A stretch of DNA of 48,465 nucleotides from Salpingoeca rosetta. Taxonomy: Eukaryota; Protista; Choanoflagellata. Positions 35,597 through 48,465 of this stretch are shown in pieces. Numbering within the stretch: the stretch's first letter is position 1; each line of letters begins with the position of its first letter. A program made the translations under genes and the position numbers. The DNA lies in the NCBI GenBank assembly GCA_033442325.1, contig JAWQFM010000027.1, positions 752,563 to 801,027 of the forward strand, written 5' to 3'. Below the pieces are notes generated by a model. The model was given only the letters and a program-made list of their open reading frames with translations, searched no databases and was not told where the DNA came from.

Positions 35597-38500
35597 CACA
35601 CACACAAGCAGATACAGACACACACATACTCACCGGTGCATCTGGTCGAGGCTGTGGATGAAGGCCATGCCACTGGCAACATCGCGCAGCAGTCGCAGCT
35701 TCAAGTCCCACACACTATTCACATCATCACCGACACCGCCGTTGCTGCTTTCCTCGACCTTCCTGCTCCTCACTTCCATCAACACCCCCTCCAAGTCCTT
35801 CCCCAACAGATCTTTGAGTGACCCCAGAGCAACATACTCCAGCACCAGGAACGGGCTGCCGTTGGGATCGGTGCCCGCGCCAAAGAACCGCACTACATTC
35901 GGGTGCCGTGTTCGCTGCAAAAACTCCACCTCCTTCTCAAACTCAAGCACCGTGCTCTCGTCAAATGCCATGACGGCTTGCTGCAACACCTTCACCGCCA
36001 CTGTGACTGTGTCCCACTCTGCCTTGAACACCACGCCAAACGCACCCGCAGCCACCCGCTCAACAAGCCTCAGCTCATCGTACTCAATTTCCCATGCCTT
36101 CTTCAGCGCCATCACCTCCTCGTCTCGTTCCACCAACAGCTGCTCCTGTAGGTCGATACGCTTGGTGAGCCCACGGTAGCGGCGTGACACCCACGCCATG
36201 AGCAGGCCAAGGGCAAGGCCGCCAATCACAGAGCCAGCAGCAATACCGGCAATGTCTGGCTTGTTGAGCTCACACCGCCCACGCGAGGTGGCCTTGTACC
36301 CGCGCGCACAGGTGCAGTGGAACGCGTACACGATGCGATTCGTGACGGCGTTGTGACCCCCCGACACACGCAGGTCCATGTTGGTGATCTGTATCGCACA
36401 GGAAATTGGCGTCCCCTGCAGCTGCAAGATGGGTGGCACTGGCCTGTTCTCCAAGGTGACGAGGTTGGTGGTCAGAAACAGCTCCTCAGACAGCGCAACC
36501 TCCTCTCCAATCGCCAAGTTCACCTCCCCAGGGTTGTCGAGCCAGGTGTTGCCCGAGAGATCCACCACATCCGACGTGAGCAAGCACGCGCCGAGTGCCG
36601 CGGCAGCATGCTGCGGGTCCACGTGCTGCTCGTCCATGTCGCGCGCAAACACAACACGCCGCCCCCACCGCCTGCACAGGGACGCACGAGGCTCCACGCG
36701 CGTGCGACTGATGTCCAAGACGTCAATCGATGGCGCGTCAATGTGCGCCAGATGCGTGCAGTCGGATGCGTTGAGCTCCACCACAGCCGTGGACATCGTG
36801 ACGGACATCAGATTTGGGTTGTCTTGGATGAGCACCGTGTGGAAGGTCTTGTTCGCGCACGTGTCCAGCATCGTAAACTGGGTTGCCGTGATGCGCAGCA
36901 ACACCACAGCATCCGCCAGCACGTCACACACCCACGCCCTGGGCAGTGATGTCTCTGTTGCACCTGGCCAGCCAACGCCGAGCACATCCAGCTGAAGCGG
37001 TGGCATATTCGGAATGGCACCCGCAAGGTCGACATGTGTTGCGCTGAACGTATGCAGGCGTGGCGGTGCTGTCGGCGTGTCTCTGCTCACCACCGCCTTG
37101 CTGTTGATGCCAGGGGCCGCGTCAATCTCCAGCACGCGCAGGGAGGGGAAGCTGAGCAGCAGGGCAAGGTCAATGTGCGGCATGCGGTGGCCCTGCATAC
37201 GCAGCTCTTGCAGTAGCGGCAGCGAATCAGGGTCGATCAAAGCCGGCAAGCGCTGCATGGGGTTGTTGCTGATGGCCATCTGGATGAGAACGGGCAAGGT
37301 GGCGTTGAGGTTCACCCGCGTGAGCATGTTCGCCTCCAGGTCAAGAAACTGCAGCCTGTTGGTGAAGAAGAGGTTGTCGACAGACTGGATGGCATTGTTG
37401 TCGAGGTGAACCTGCAACAAGTTGCGCGTGCGTGCGAACAGCCGCGGTGGCAGCGCCGTGATGCGGTTGCGGCTGATGAAGAGCGTGTTCAGGTTCGTGC
37501 ACGCGTCAAACAGGCCTTCGGGCAGCGAGGTGATGCGGTTGTTGCTGAGAAACAGGATGGACAGGGTGGACAAGCCACGGAAGAGGGCGGGCGGCAGCGA
37601 CGTCAGCATGTTGTCGTGCAGGCGCAGCTGAGCGAGCGAGGACTGGCCGGCAAACACATGCTCGGGCAGGGCCGTCAAGTAGTTGTCGGAGAGATCCACG
37701 AGAAACAACTGCTTGGAAGAACTGAAGATGTTGGACGGCAGGCTGGTGAGTAGCGTGCTGCTGAGGGACACAGATGCCAAACTGGACAGGCCGCGAAACA
37801 CGTCTGCGTCCAGGTGTGTGATCGGGTTCGCGTGCAGCGTCAGCGAGGCCATTTGCGTCAGGGCGTGGAAGAGCCCACGTGGGATGGCAGCGATGCTGTT
37901 GCGGCGGAGTTGCAGTTCAGTCAGCGCCCGTAGGTCGTCAAAGGTCGCGGCACCAATATCGGTGAGGAGGTTGCCGCTCAGCACCAGCGTCCGAAGCGAC
38001 GTGAGCTCGCCCACTTCAGACCGCCTGACGTGCCGAATGTGGTTGTCTGAGAGGCGCAGCGATTGCAGGGTGGGCCAGGCCCCCATGTCGGGCAGCGAGG
38101 TGAGCGAGTTGTTGTAGATGGCGAGTGTGCGCAGGGTGGTGCGGTGGGCGAATGCGTGCGTGTCCACGTAACGGAGTGCCTTGCTGTGCCGAATGTCGAG
38201 GGATTCAATCTGTGTGAACCTGTTGAGGATGCGCAGTGGGAACGTGATGTGCTGGACGCGTTCGATGGTGAGGACAGTGCATGCACTCCAGTTGCCGTTG
38301 TCTGCCAGCCACTGCAACGGCTGCACGTGCACGGCGCCAGTCACACGTAGCGATTCCACCTCAGGAGACAGGGCCCGCAGCGCAGCTGCGTCCGTGCTGC
38401 CGTTGATGTGCTCGTCACCGGCAAAGGTGATGGCGAGGCGGGGCTTGCTGAAGACGCTGGAGGAATCGGGTCCTGGACACGTCCCCTCAATCACACTCGC

Positions 38501-39503
38501 CAGTGTGCACCGTCCAGGCTGCACCCCAGGGTCAGCACGCCGCACACGCTGGTGCTGCAGTGGTTCAGCAGGCAAGAAGCGGCCGTTCCCAGACCCGCGT
38601 GGCGCATCGGGTTGCACGTGCGGCACGTCGCGTTGCTGCGCCCCCTGCACATCGCTCACGCCATGAGCTGATGGCCGTCGTGAGCCATGCCGTGTCCCAG
38701 TGTTGCAGCACCCAAACGCCTTCATCATGCGCTGAATCGACGACAGGTCAACCGGCACCACATGCGCACGAGCGCGTGTCGCCTCCCCAGTGCCTGGTGC
38801 GCCTGATGCGAAATTGGTGTGCGCCTTGCTCCTGGTGTGTGGGTGCCGCACGTCATGGTTGCTTGGCCAAGTAAACGGAACGCCAAAGGTCTCCAATGTG
38901 GTGGTGAGATGCACGAGCGTCGCATCAACCTCACTGCACAGCGACAGCGATGCATCAGCCTGCATGTATGTGTTTTGTGTTTGTGCGTGTGTGTGTTTGA
39001 ATATGCGTGCGTGCACGCGTGAAGATATGAGGTGAATGTGGGAAGCATTCGACACACACACACACACACACACACAACACGCACGCCAAAACGCACCGTC
39101 ACCCAACACAACACACACAGACACTTCCTCGCACCTGCGAGCCTTCCGCGGGCAGCGCCTGTGTTGTGTGTGTCGTTGTTAGTGGTGTTGTTGGCGTGCT
39201 GTGCGCAACGAAAGCTGTGCAGGAGGACGCACCAAGTGCGGCCATCACCATCACCACCATCACCAGCAGCGTAACCAGCTTCCCAGGAAATGCACGTGTG
39301 CGCTGCGTGCTGTGAGGTCGGCGGTAAGCAGAAGAGAGTGCGGGCGGCAAGTACTGCAAGTACCACTGCGACGACAGTGTTCGCTGGGCAGCATGCTGCT
39401 TCAGACGCACATGCACAAGCTCAGGATCGGATGCGTTTGCGCGTTGTTGGTGACGACGCCGTCCTGTGTGCGCAGTGCACGCACAGGTGCTCGTTGCGTC
39501 CAT
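34832..39503 (-). CDS. LRR receptor-like Ser/Thr (TKL-group) protein kinase, paralog 2 (start uncertain: ATG 39503 or 39260)
   Basis: Exon 1 ends 39135, then exons 38959-35634, 35466-35036 and 34932-34832 (TAG). Hydrophobic leader, RVRR, LRRs, TM (IAGIAAGSVIGGLALGLLMAWV), HRDLKSGN, DFG, YMAPE. Same three intron positions and phases as paralog 1. Confidence 0.92.
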
Positions 39504-40012
39504 GTAGACAGCCCTTCGTCTCCTTCACGCACACCGCAGAGGAAGAGGCGAGTGAGTGAGAGTGGGTGTTTGGGCTGTGGCTGTTGGGTGGGTTGGCCTG
39601 TCAGCTCTTCTGTTAGTCTGTTAGTCTGTTGGCTGCAGTGCTAGCAGTGCTTCTGCTTGTTGAGTTTAGAAGAAAGCAGGAGAAGCAGAGGAGGCAGGAG
39701 AGGGACGGGTTCCTGGGTTCCCTCTTCCTCGGCTCTGCTCTGCTGTTTAGGACTTCTTGGCTGTTGCAGAGAGACGTTTGCAGACGTTGCGGACAGTGGA
39801 TGTCTCTGTGTTCTTGTGTGTTGTGTGTTGGTGAGACTGCTGCTGGGACGCAAGGGAGGAAGGGAAGAAGGGAAGAAGCGGCTCTGCTGCTTGTTTTCTT
39901 GTGTGCGTTTTGCTGTTGCTTGGCTTGATGTTTTCCTTCCTCCAACTTGGCTTGCGAGAGAGTGAACAATTTTTGATATGCAGATTTTCCACCGAACTTA
40001 CAACAAGAGCGC

Positions 40013-40119
40013 GACTCAGTAGTTGAGGGGTACAATTTCCGCCTGCCAATTTCTCCCAAGCGCTTAACCAAGAGCGCTTCAGTGCGCGGGAGGCCCGGGT
40101 TCAAATCCCGGCTGAGTCA
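40013..40119 (+). tRNA. tRNA-Gly(GCC) with a 36-nt intron (40049-40084) at canonical position 37/38
   Basis: Acceptor GACTCAG/CTGAGTC plus A73; D arm GTTG-AGGGGTA-CAAT; anticodon arm TCCGC-CTGCCA^C-GCGGG; T arm CCGGG-TTCAAAT-CCCGG; oligo-T terminator from 40131. Confidence 0.88.
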
Positions 40120-40130
40120 CTGTTCTATTC

Positions 40131-40149
40131 TTTTTTTTTGTTTTTTTTT
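40131..40149 (+). terminator. RNA polymerase III oligo-dT terminator of the tRNA gene
   Basis: T9-G-T9 starting 12 nt after the discriminator base. Confidence 0.7.
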
Positions 40150-40590
40150 GCTGCTTCTTCTCTGCTTGTGCACGCACACTGCTCCAAGTGTGCTGTTTGC
40201 GTTTTTTTGGCCTCTCACTCTCAAACACTCGGCACAACGGAAGAAAGTGCGTGCGTGCCATCACAATGCACATATGCGGGCAGGATCACAACAACACACC
40301 ACCACCACGCAGCAAGACACAAGTAAACCCTTGGCGGGTGATGCGACTTCAAGACTTCATGCGATACAGCTGTCTCGTCACATGAACATAAGAAGTGAGT
40401 TGCTTGTGAGGAGTTGCCTCGGGTGTGCTTGCTTGCAGGCAAGAGGTACAGACTCACCCTCCTTTTTTTTTTTCCTCCACGTGCGTTCTTGTGCCGCCCT
40501 GTTTGGATGCTTGGCTGGGTTGAGTGCGTGCGTGCGTGCATGCAGGCAAGAGGGGTTCTTCCTTGCTCCACTTGTGTGCGCATTTATTCG

Positions 40591-40672
<82 letters not shown>

Positions 40673-41157
40673 TTGTTGTTGTCATGTGGACAAAGACACA
40701 CAACCCCATGCTTGTTCTTGCTCCCCCTTTTCCTCCATGTATCTCACCACACCGTTATACTTCACGTCTCCAACACATGCCCTGGTCCACACCGACAGCC
40801 AACGCATGCACACCTCTCACGGACAGCATTCTCTGAACTCTCAACTCTCAACTCGACGGGCGCAGGCGTCGGCGAGCTGACCACCAGCCATCGGAGGTGC
40901 GCGCGACGGATCGAAACAAACCACCATCAAACATGAGGTGTGTGGCCCAGCGCCGGGTCCCCCGTTGCCATTGGCTCATGCAAGCGGAGAAAGATGAGGC
41001 GGGGACGTTTAACTGGCATTGGCAGTGCGGTGTGTGTGAGTGAGTGAGTGAGTGAGTGAGTGAGTGAGTGAGAGTGTGTGTGTGTGTGTGTGAGTGAGTG
41101 AGTGAGTGAGTGAGTGAGTGAGTGAGTGAGTGAGTGTGTGTGTGTGTGTGTGTGTGA

Positions 41158-41200
<43 letters not shown>

Positions 41201-41705
41201 CGTGTGTGTGTGTGTGAGGGGAGGGGTGGTTGAGTTGACAAAGGGTATATGCACTGGAGGCCGCACAAGTGTCCTTGTGAGTGTTATGGAGGTGCTACAG
41301 TGAAACGACTGCACTCAAAGAGAGACTGTGCAGCGTGTGACGGCAGCAGCAATGCCAACACCACCATTAGCAGCGACAATGCTGCTGCGGCAATTAACCC
41401 TCATCTCATTCTCTCCCGCTCTGCTGCTTGCTCACTTTGCGATGCACTGCCATGCAGCCCAAGGGACGGCGTGCTGTGACGACAGCCACGGCTTGATGGT
41501 GCGACGGCCCGCCCACTGAAACTCATGGCATACCTCGCCTGCTGCTGCAAACGTGACGCTGGTGTTGTCGTTGCCGCTGTTGGCGCTGCTGCCAAGTCAG
41601 TGATTGAATGTGTTGTGTGTGCGTGTGTTAGTGGGTGTGGTGAGTATTGCTGTATTACATACACCTCTCAGCCTGCTCAGACAACCCACTGTCCCATCTC
41701 CACGT

Positions 41706-41788
<83 letters not shown>

Positions 41789-42198
41789 TGCCCCCCCCCC
41801 CCACACACACATGCACCATGGCTCACCATCTCATGCTGCGCCTTGTTGTTCCACCACGCATCGGCGCGTGTTCCCTGTGCTCACATCAGTGCGTGGGCCA
41901 CCCAAGTCCCAAGCTCAGGTCAATGCTCGAGCAGCACTCAGCCGGCGACCGCGTTTCAAGCTTGTCAAGGCCCCATCCTCCATCACATCCCACATCAGCA
42001 TGGTCAGCGTCACCCCTCGGTACTCTGTTCGAGAGTGAGGCCTTCCTGCATGGTGCAGCACGGATGTGATGTGCTGTAGTCAGCGGTGGCTTTGAAGTGA
42101 TGACGAGGCTCGTAAGTTGGAGCAACTTGTTGGTGGCGTTGCTGGTGATTGTGTTGCTTGGGGGGATCCGGTTTGCAGCCGACGCACGTGTTACACAC

Positions 42199-42279
<81 letters not shown>

Positions 42280-42887
42280 TGTGTGGGGGCCATGCCGCTT
42301 GCTCACTCCTTTGTCACACGAACCTGCTTTGACACAGACGTGCATCATGGTATGCACACGCGCTGTGAGCAGGAAGCGTCCGGGCGCTGTGGGAGGCGTG
42401 GGTGAACAAACCGGAGATATCCACAGCAGCGGCGAGATACTGCCAAATGATGGAGCCTGCAAAACCGGCCCGCAACGGGTGCTGTTGGAAATGGGGCAAC
42501 GCACCCCAAAATATGGCGATGGCCGCGTTGTGTGCAGACGAGGACAGCCCCAACAAAGAGCGCACATCTCAGAGTGCTACCAAGTTGCGGTCACGCCAAG
42601 CAGTCCCTCCATGCGTGCGTGCTGGTGATGCTGGTGTCACAGATCCACACCGCTGCTATACTGTGAGCACATGTTGCAGCTATCCTGCTGAAAAATCGCA
42701 CCACAGACAGCAGGCCAGGCTATACGGCCACGACACATGTGATTCCAAGAGGTAAGAGACATGCCCACGACCAATGGAGCAAACCACACAGACACCACAC
42801 CACGCGCACTCAGACACAGATAGACAGACATTCACGCGCACACTTGCTTACCCTGGCGTCACTCACTCGCTCGCGCACACACAAACA

Positions 42888-43206
<319 letters not shown>

Positions 43207-43776
43207 ACCTGGTGTCGTTCACTTTGTGGTTGCAGTTTTGCCGCGAGGTTTGAATGTGTCACTCAAAACGGGCACGTTTTCTGTTTGGGGATGCCGTGTC
43301 TTATTTCCCGCGTGAATCACGCTTTCTTGGTGGCCAGTACCCTCAGTGCTTGCAGCCACCCGTTCCCTCCTCTTCATCGGAGAGACGACGTTGATCATGT
43401 GACGACGACGGCCACCACCGTGTCCACCACCACGATGGCCACAATGACCACTACCATGGCGTAGGGGCGCGAATGGCTGGACCACAGACGCGGCATGTGG
43501 CGGTGCTGGCGTCCATGTGTGGCGGCTGACGCGCAGGGCGTTACAGTAGCGACAGCGGTGATGATCTGTGCACGTGTGCACGTGTGTGCACGTGTGCGTG
43601 TGTGTGTGCACGTGGGGTCTGTGGACCAAGTGTCTGGTAGGATTTGTGGGAGTTGCACCCGAAGATCGCGACAATGCAGCAGGTAGGTGTGTGCATGTGT
43701 ACATGTGTGCGTGTGTGTGTGTACGTGCGTGCATACGTGTGTGCATGTGTGTCGTTCCTTTGTTTTTTTTTTTTTT

Positions 43777-43813
<37 letters not shown>

Positions 43814-44403
43814 CCAGTGTGTTTTGTGTGCGAGAAATTTTTGGTGCGTGCTTGTACCCAATCTCAACACCTGTCCCTCTGAATGCTCATGTTTATATGA
43901 CCACTCACAGGCCCTGTTGTTGGCATGTTTGTATTATTCACAGGCACACAGCAGCTGCAGAAGACGGCAGCACCACGCCCAAGCCAACGGCTCCACTGGC
44001 CACCAGCACACGCCACCACGATGTACACCAACAGAAGCAGCAAAGCAGCAAAGCGACGAAAACTCTGCTGTGAACAATCACCTAAAACCACAATGCACGG
44101 CGCCACAGACCAACCGAAGCAGCGTGGACAGAGGAACACGACCATCAACGAAAGACAGCTCCAAGGGCACCATCAACCCATCAGCCCATCAGCCCATCAA
44201 CCTATCAACCAGCACTAACATTGGTGCAAGGTGCGCTTGTAGCCACAACCACACCTCATCAGAGGCAACAACCACAACAGCAACCACGCGCACGCAAATG
44301 AACCCATTTGGAGGGACAACACAAACGCCACTGCCAGCAGGCAACAGGCAATAGGCAGGGAGTGGCAGCCATGATCCCAGCACTTCTGCCCCTCCGCATC
44401 CCT

Positions 44404-47028
44404 TCACTCCTGCTCTTTCGTCCCCTGCTGCTGCTGCTGCTCCTCCTCCTCTTCATCATCATCGCTGTCGTCGCTGACGTCTTCGTCTTCCTCATCGGCC
44501 TCGTATCCACCATCAACGTTGTCTGTGTGCCACGGGCCGTGCACTGCCTCTACATACGGCTGCTGGTGTTGCGTTGTCATCATCATCATCATCGTCATCA
44601 TGTCCAAGGGATGCTCCGTGGCTGGCTGCATGAGTCCTGGCACCACGTCTCCTCCAACAGCAGCAGCGCCGTGTCGTCATTGTGACCGCGCGTATCCTCC
44701 TCCTGCTGGTGCTGGTGCCATGGCGACCACATCTCGCGCATGCCGCTCAAGGCCTGGGCCATGACCGGGTGCATGGAGGCGAAGGACGGACGGGTCCGCG
44801 GGTGGTGCCTGTGACGATGGCGGCGGCGGTTGCGATGGTGGCGGAAGTGGTGGCCATCATACTGCTGCTACTCAAGCACGATGGAGGCACACGGGGTGAC
44901 ACAGCGAGAGGTGAGCATGCGCGGCAGTAGTGTGATTGATTGCGTTGAGTGGAATGGCTGGGTTGGCTTGCCGTCACCTCTCATTTGTGTTCGTGTGTGC
45001 GTGTGTGTACTTGAAGCACGATTATGCTCACATGTGCATGCTCATATGCACATGTGTGTTTGTGTGTATGTATGTGTGTGTGTTTGTTTGCTTGCTAGCC
45101 AGAAGCAGGCGTCGTACCTGGTGCTGATTGGCGAGCGCGTGTGAGATGCGCTGTTCTTCTTCATCTCCAAGCACGTGGAAGCTGCAACCAAACATCCACA
45201 GGCCACAGCAACACGGGTCAGCCGTGAATGCTTTGGGGCAACAGCGCATGCAACAGCACAGGAATATGCCACGTACACGGTTCCTTCACCTCTGGCCTCC
45301 ACGCCTGAGCCCCACCTCTCAACAACCTCTCACCCCGCCTAGCGCACACAAGCACAAGCAAGCACGCACGCATTGATGATTTACCGTGGCTGCTGCTCTT
45401 CCTGCGTGCTGGTGTCGGTCGCTGCGTCACTGTCATTGACGATGTCAGTGCTGCCACTGTCGTTGCTGATGCTACTGTAACTGCCGATGCCGCTGTCAGT
45501 GATGCTGCTGTTGTTGCTGGCGGTGGCAGTGACGTCTGGGACGGACGATGTTTGGTTACCTCCCATCATCGCCTCCACAATCGCCTCCATCATCGTTGTG
45601 GTACGGATCTCACCTTGCGGCTGGCGTGCTGCGTTGAGACGTCGGAAATGCAGCTGCGCTGCCGGCACCGCATCAGCAGGCTCACTGCCACCAACGGGGC
45701 GAGGTGGTGTTGGCGGCGATGGGGTTTGGATGGCTTCCACTGTGATGGCGCGGAGACGTGCCGTTGCCTCATCTGGCACGCCTGTTGCGCTGGTCCTCGT
45801 CGTGCTCTTGTCCATGGCTTTCTTCTTCCTGGAAGGAGTGTTACACGCAAGGTATGATGAATGTGAGCACTCGTGTGCGTACATGTGTTTGTATGCATGT
45901 ACACTTGTGCATGTGCACCTATGTACGTGTACGTGTGTGCGTGTGGACGTATGTAATTCGTGACGCATGCGTGGTAATGTTGCCTTTAGGACCACCGATG
46001 TCTGCATCTTTGAGTGTCTCTCACACATATCCCCGTTGCTGTCGTATGTCTCACGTTTGTGCCCTGCTTCGAAGGTGCGACGATGCTGTGATCTGTGGGT
46101 GTGCGTGCGTTTCTGAAGAGATGATGGCAACTGTGGAAGAGAACAGGTGAATGTGAGTGTGTGTGTGTGTGTGTGTGCGTATGCATCGATGTTGCACTCG
46201 CGCTGCTTCCCTCCGATGCAAGCACACGCTCACCAAACCTCCTTGTTGTATGGAAAATTGGTGGAAAATGTTCGTGAAGAACGATGGGGACGATGGGGCC
46301 TGAGCTAAGGGGGCAAACAAGAAGGACAAGATGAGGTGAAGCTGCTTGTTGGTTGGCTGCATGCGTGTGTGTGTGTGTGTGTGTGTGTGCACGGCTGTCT
46401 TACCTGGGGCTGGTCTGTTTGTTTGGTGTTCTTCTTTACTGGTTCACACACAATATCACAGGGAATGGCGAGGGGTCTGGAAATGTTACTCACAGACGTG
46501 CGACCACACACACGCACATGCATGCATGCACAATGCGCAGAATTGAGACGGCTCTGCCATGGCCCTGCTGTAAGCTATGCGACGAGCAGATGACAGCAGG
46601 TAGCGGTGGGCCGGTGCGCATCAGCCATCACCGCTCACCACCTGTTGTACCGGTACATCGGAACACACACGTGCTACCCAGATGAGGCCGCGCTCTGGGA
46701 GGTGGCGCACCACCTTCTGCTGCGCCCACACGATGGCTTGCTGCCAGTGCCGCTGTTGCTGTTGCTGTTGCCACTGTTGCTGCCAATGGTGTTGCTGTTG
46801 CTGCCAATGGTGTTGCTGCTGCTGCCAGTACCAGTGCTGCTGCTGCCTGTGGAGGAGATGCGCAGCATCTTGTTCAATGCGGTCCTGCTGCACCTGAAGC
46901 TCCATCTCGCGGCGCATCCAGGGCGTTTCACGGTTATTGATGGTCGCCGTCTCCTGGCTGATGCTCGCGCGCCTGTGCTGCAACTTGGGCGTCAGTTGGG
47001 CAAGCTGACGTTCGCGGTGGGCGCCATG
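44404..47028 (-). CDS. Hypothetical multi-exon low-complexity protein with an acidic C-terminus (model incomplete)
   Basis: Candidate AG/GT-bounded exons near 47028-46680 (Q/W/H-rich), 46290-46240, 45830-45385 (S/T/D-rich) and 45180-45118, and a last exon ending DEEDEDVSDDSDDDEEEEEQQQQQGTKEQE* at 44404. Phases not fully reconciled; no domain recognised. Confidence 0.3.
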
Positions 47029-47361
47029 CTGGCGAAGGAAAAGGCAAGTGAAGCAGCGTGGGGCAGTGAAGAGTGTGCATGTGTGTGTGAATGTGAGAGG
47101 ACAAGGAGCAGAGAGCGTGTGAGTGTGTGAGTGATTGGGGTGCACGCATGCGTATGTGTGTGAGTGTGTGTGAGTGTGAGTTGAGGGAAAAGGAGATGAG
47201 ATGTGAGCGGGCGTGCGGGCGTTTGTGAAAGGTGGGAGGGAAGAGGATAGGATGAGAGAGGGCGCGGGCGTGGTTGGTGGTGAGTGATGAAGAAGACGCG
47301 GGGTTACACGGAGAGGAGGGGAAGGAGGTGGCAATGTGTTTGGCAGTGGAGAGAAATCGAG

Positions 47362-47600
<239 letters not shown>

Positions 47601-48312
47601 CCGAGACATAGACAAGGATAGGATGTGTGCACAATGCACAGCAGTGTGAAGACGCCGTGCGGCTTGGATATTTTCACTCCTCACTGCTCACATTGAATTT
47701 GGGTTCTCCCTCAACACACACACACACACACCCAATCACGCGCACGCATCAACGTGCAAACGCAGGCGCAACGATGCTCACCGTGTGCTGGGCAAAAGGA
47801 TGCTGGGCAGTGCCAAGAGCTGGCGCGGCGCTTGCACCGGCGCTGTGTCAGCCGTCCATTGGCGCTGTCGTCAGCAGTTGCAGTGAGGCCAACAGTGTTG
47901 GCGGACGAGATGTCAGTGAACAACAGCATCTGCGTCAGCGTCAACATCAACATCAACAGCCATGCCATATGAGCACGCGAGAGAACGTGTGGGAAACAAT
48001 GCGTGGGTTGTCCACCCACTGGAAACATAGCGCATGTTGTCAGCGAAACAGCAGCAGCAGGAGTAGGAGGAGGAATGCGGCTCACGTCATTGCGAGGTTG
48101 GGCATCGTCATCGCGCTCCTTCCAACTGGTTGGGTGTTCGATGATGGGTGATAGGGACGAGGAAGATGGCGATGAAGGTGATGATGACAACGATGATGGT
48201 TTTGGTTTTGGTTTTGAACGCAGCGATGCTGGCCTGAGGAAAATTGGGCAAGACACCAGCAAAATGGCACCCCAAGCAACAGGTGTGTGTGTGTGTGTGA
48301 GTGTGAGTGTGT

Positions 48313-48346
<34 letters not shown>

Positions 48347-48465
48347 GTGTGTGTGTGACAGTGATTGTGTATGTGTGTACGTGTGGACAGATCTCATGGG
48401 CAAGACTTGAAGAGAGTGAGCCGGACAGTCCCGTTCGGGCTGATCAGATCACCGTGGTGCGTTTG

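Noticed and set aside
39994-40005. GAACTTACAACA just upstream of the tRNA matches the LTR-B terminus, suggesting tRNA-targeted integration
   Set aside because: Only 12 bp match and the upstream sequence shows no further LTR similarity; probably chance.

Overview
Eukaryotic, intron-rich, microsatellite-saturated draft-assembly DNA with 7 N-gaps. The (GT)n/(CA)n-filled introns, the LRR-TKL receptor kinases and the copia elements resemble the choanoflagellate Salpingoeca rosetta (inference, not verified). Supported content, left to right: (1) low-complexity hypothetical coding patches at 1-7 kb; (2) a spliced, signal-peptide-bearing gene whose product resembles the bacterial PhnD/TtrS-type periplasmic sensor domain (10203-~12177, running into a gap); (3) an LRR-like orphan ORF after that gap; (4) a nest of Ty1/copia retrotransposon pieces (13.9-21.9 kb), with two near-identical pol copies in inverted orientation, two LTR types whose ends abut pol coding sequence, and a half-tRNAiMet-type PBS; (5) a 17-exon mitochondrial Hsp90 (TRAP1); (6) a 5-exon calmodulin-like/myosin light chain; (7) a tail-to-tail pair of paralogous LRR-TM-Ser/Thr (TKL) receptor kinases, each with a furin-type pro-region; (8) an intron-containing tRNA-Gly(GCC) with a non-canonical A2:U71 acceptor pair; (9) low-complexity hypothetical exons at 41-48 kb. 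Most ORFs in the supplied track are microsatellite or antisense artefacts. All exon models were spliced by hand and no database searches were run.
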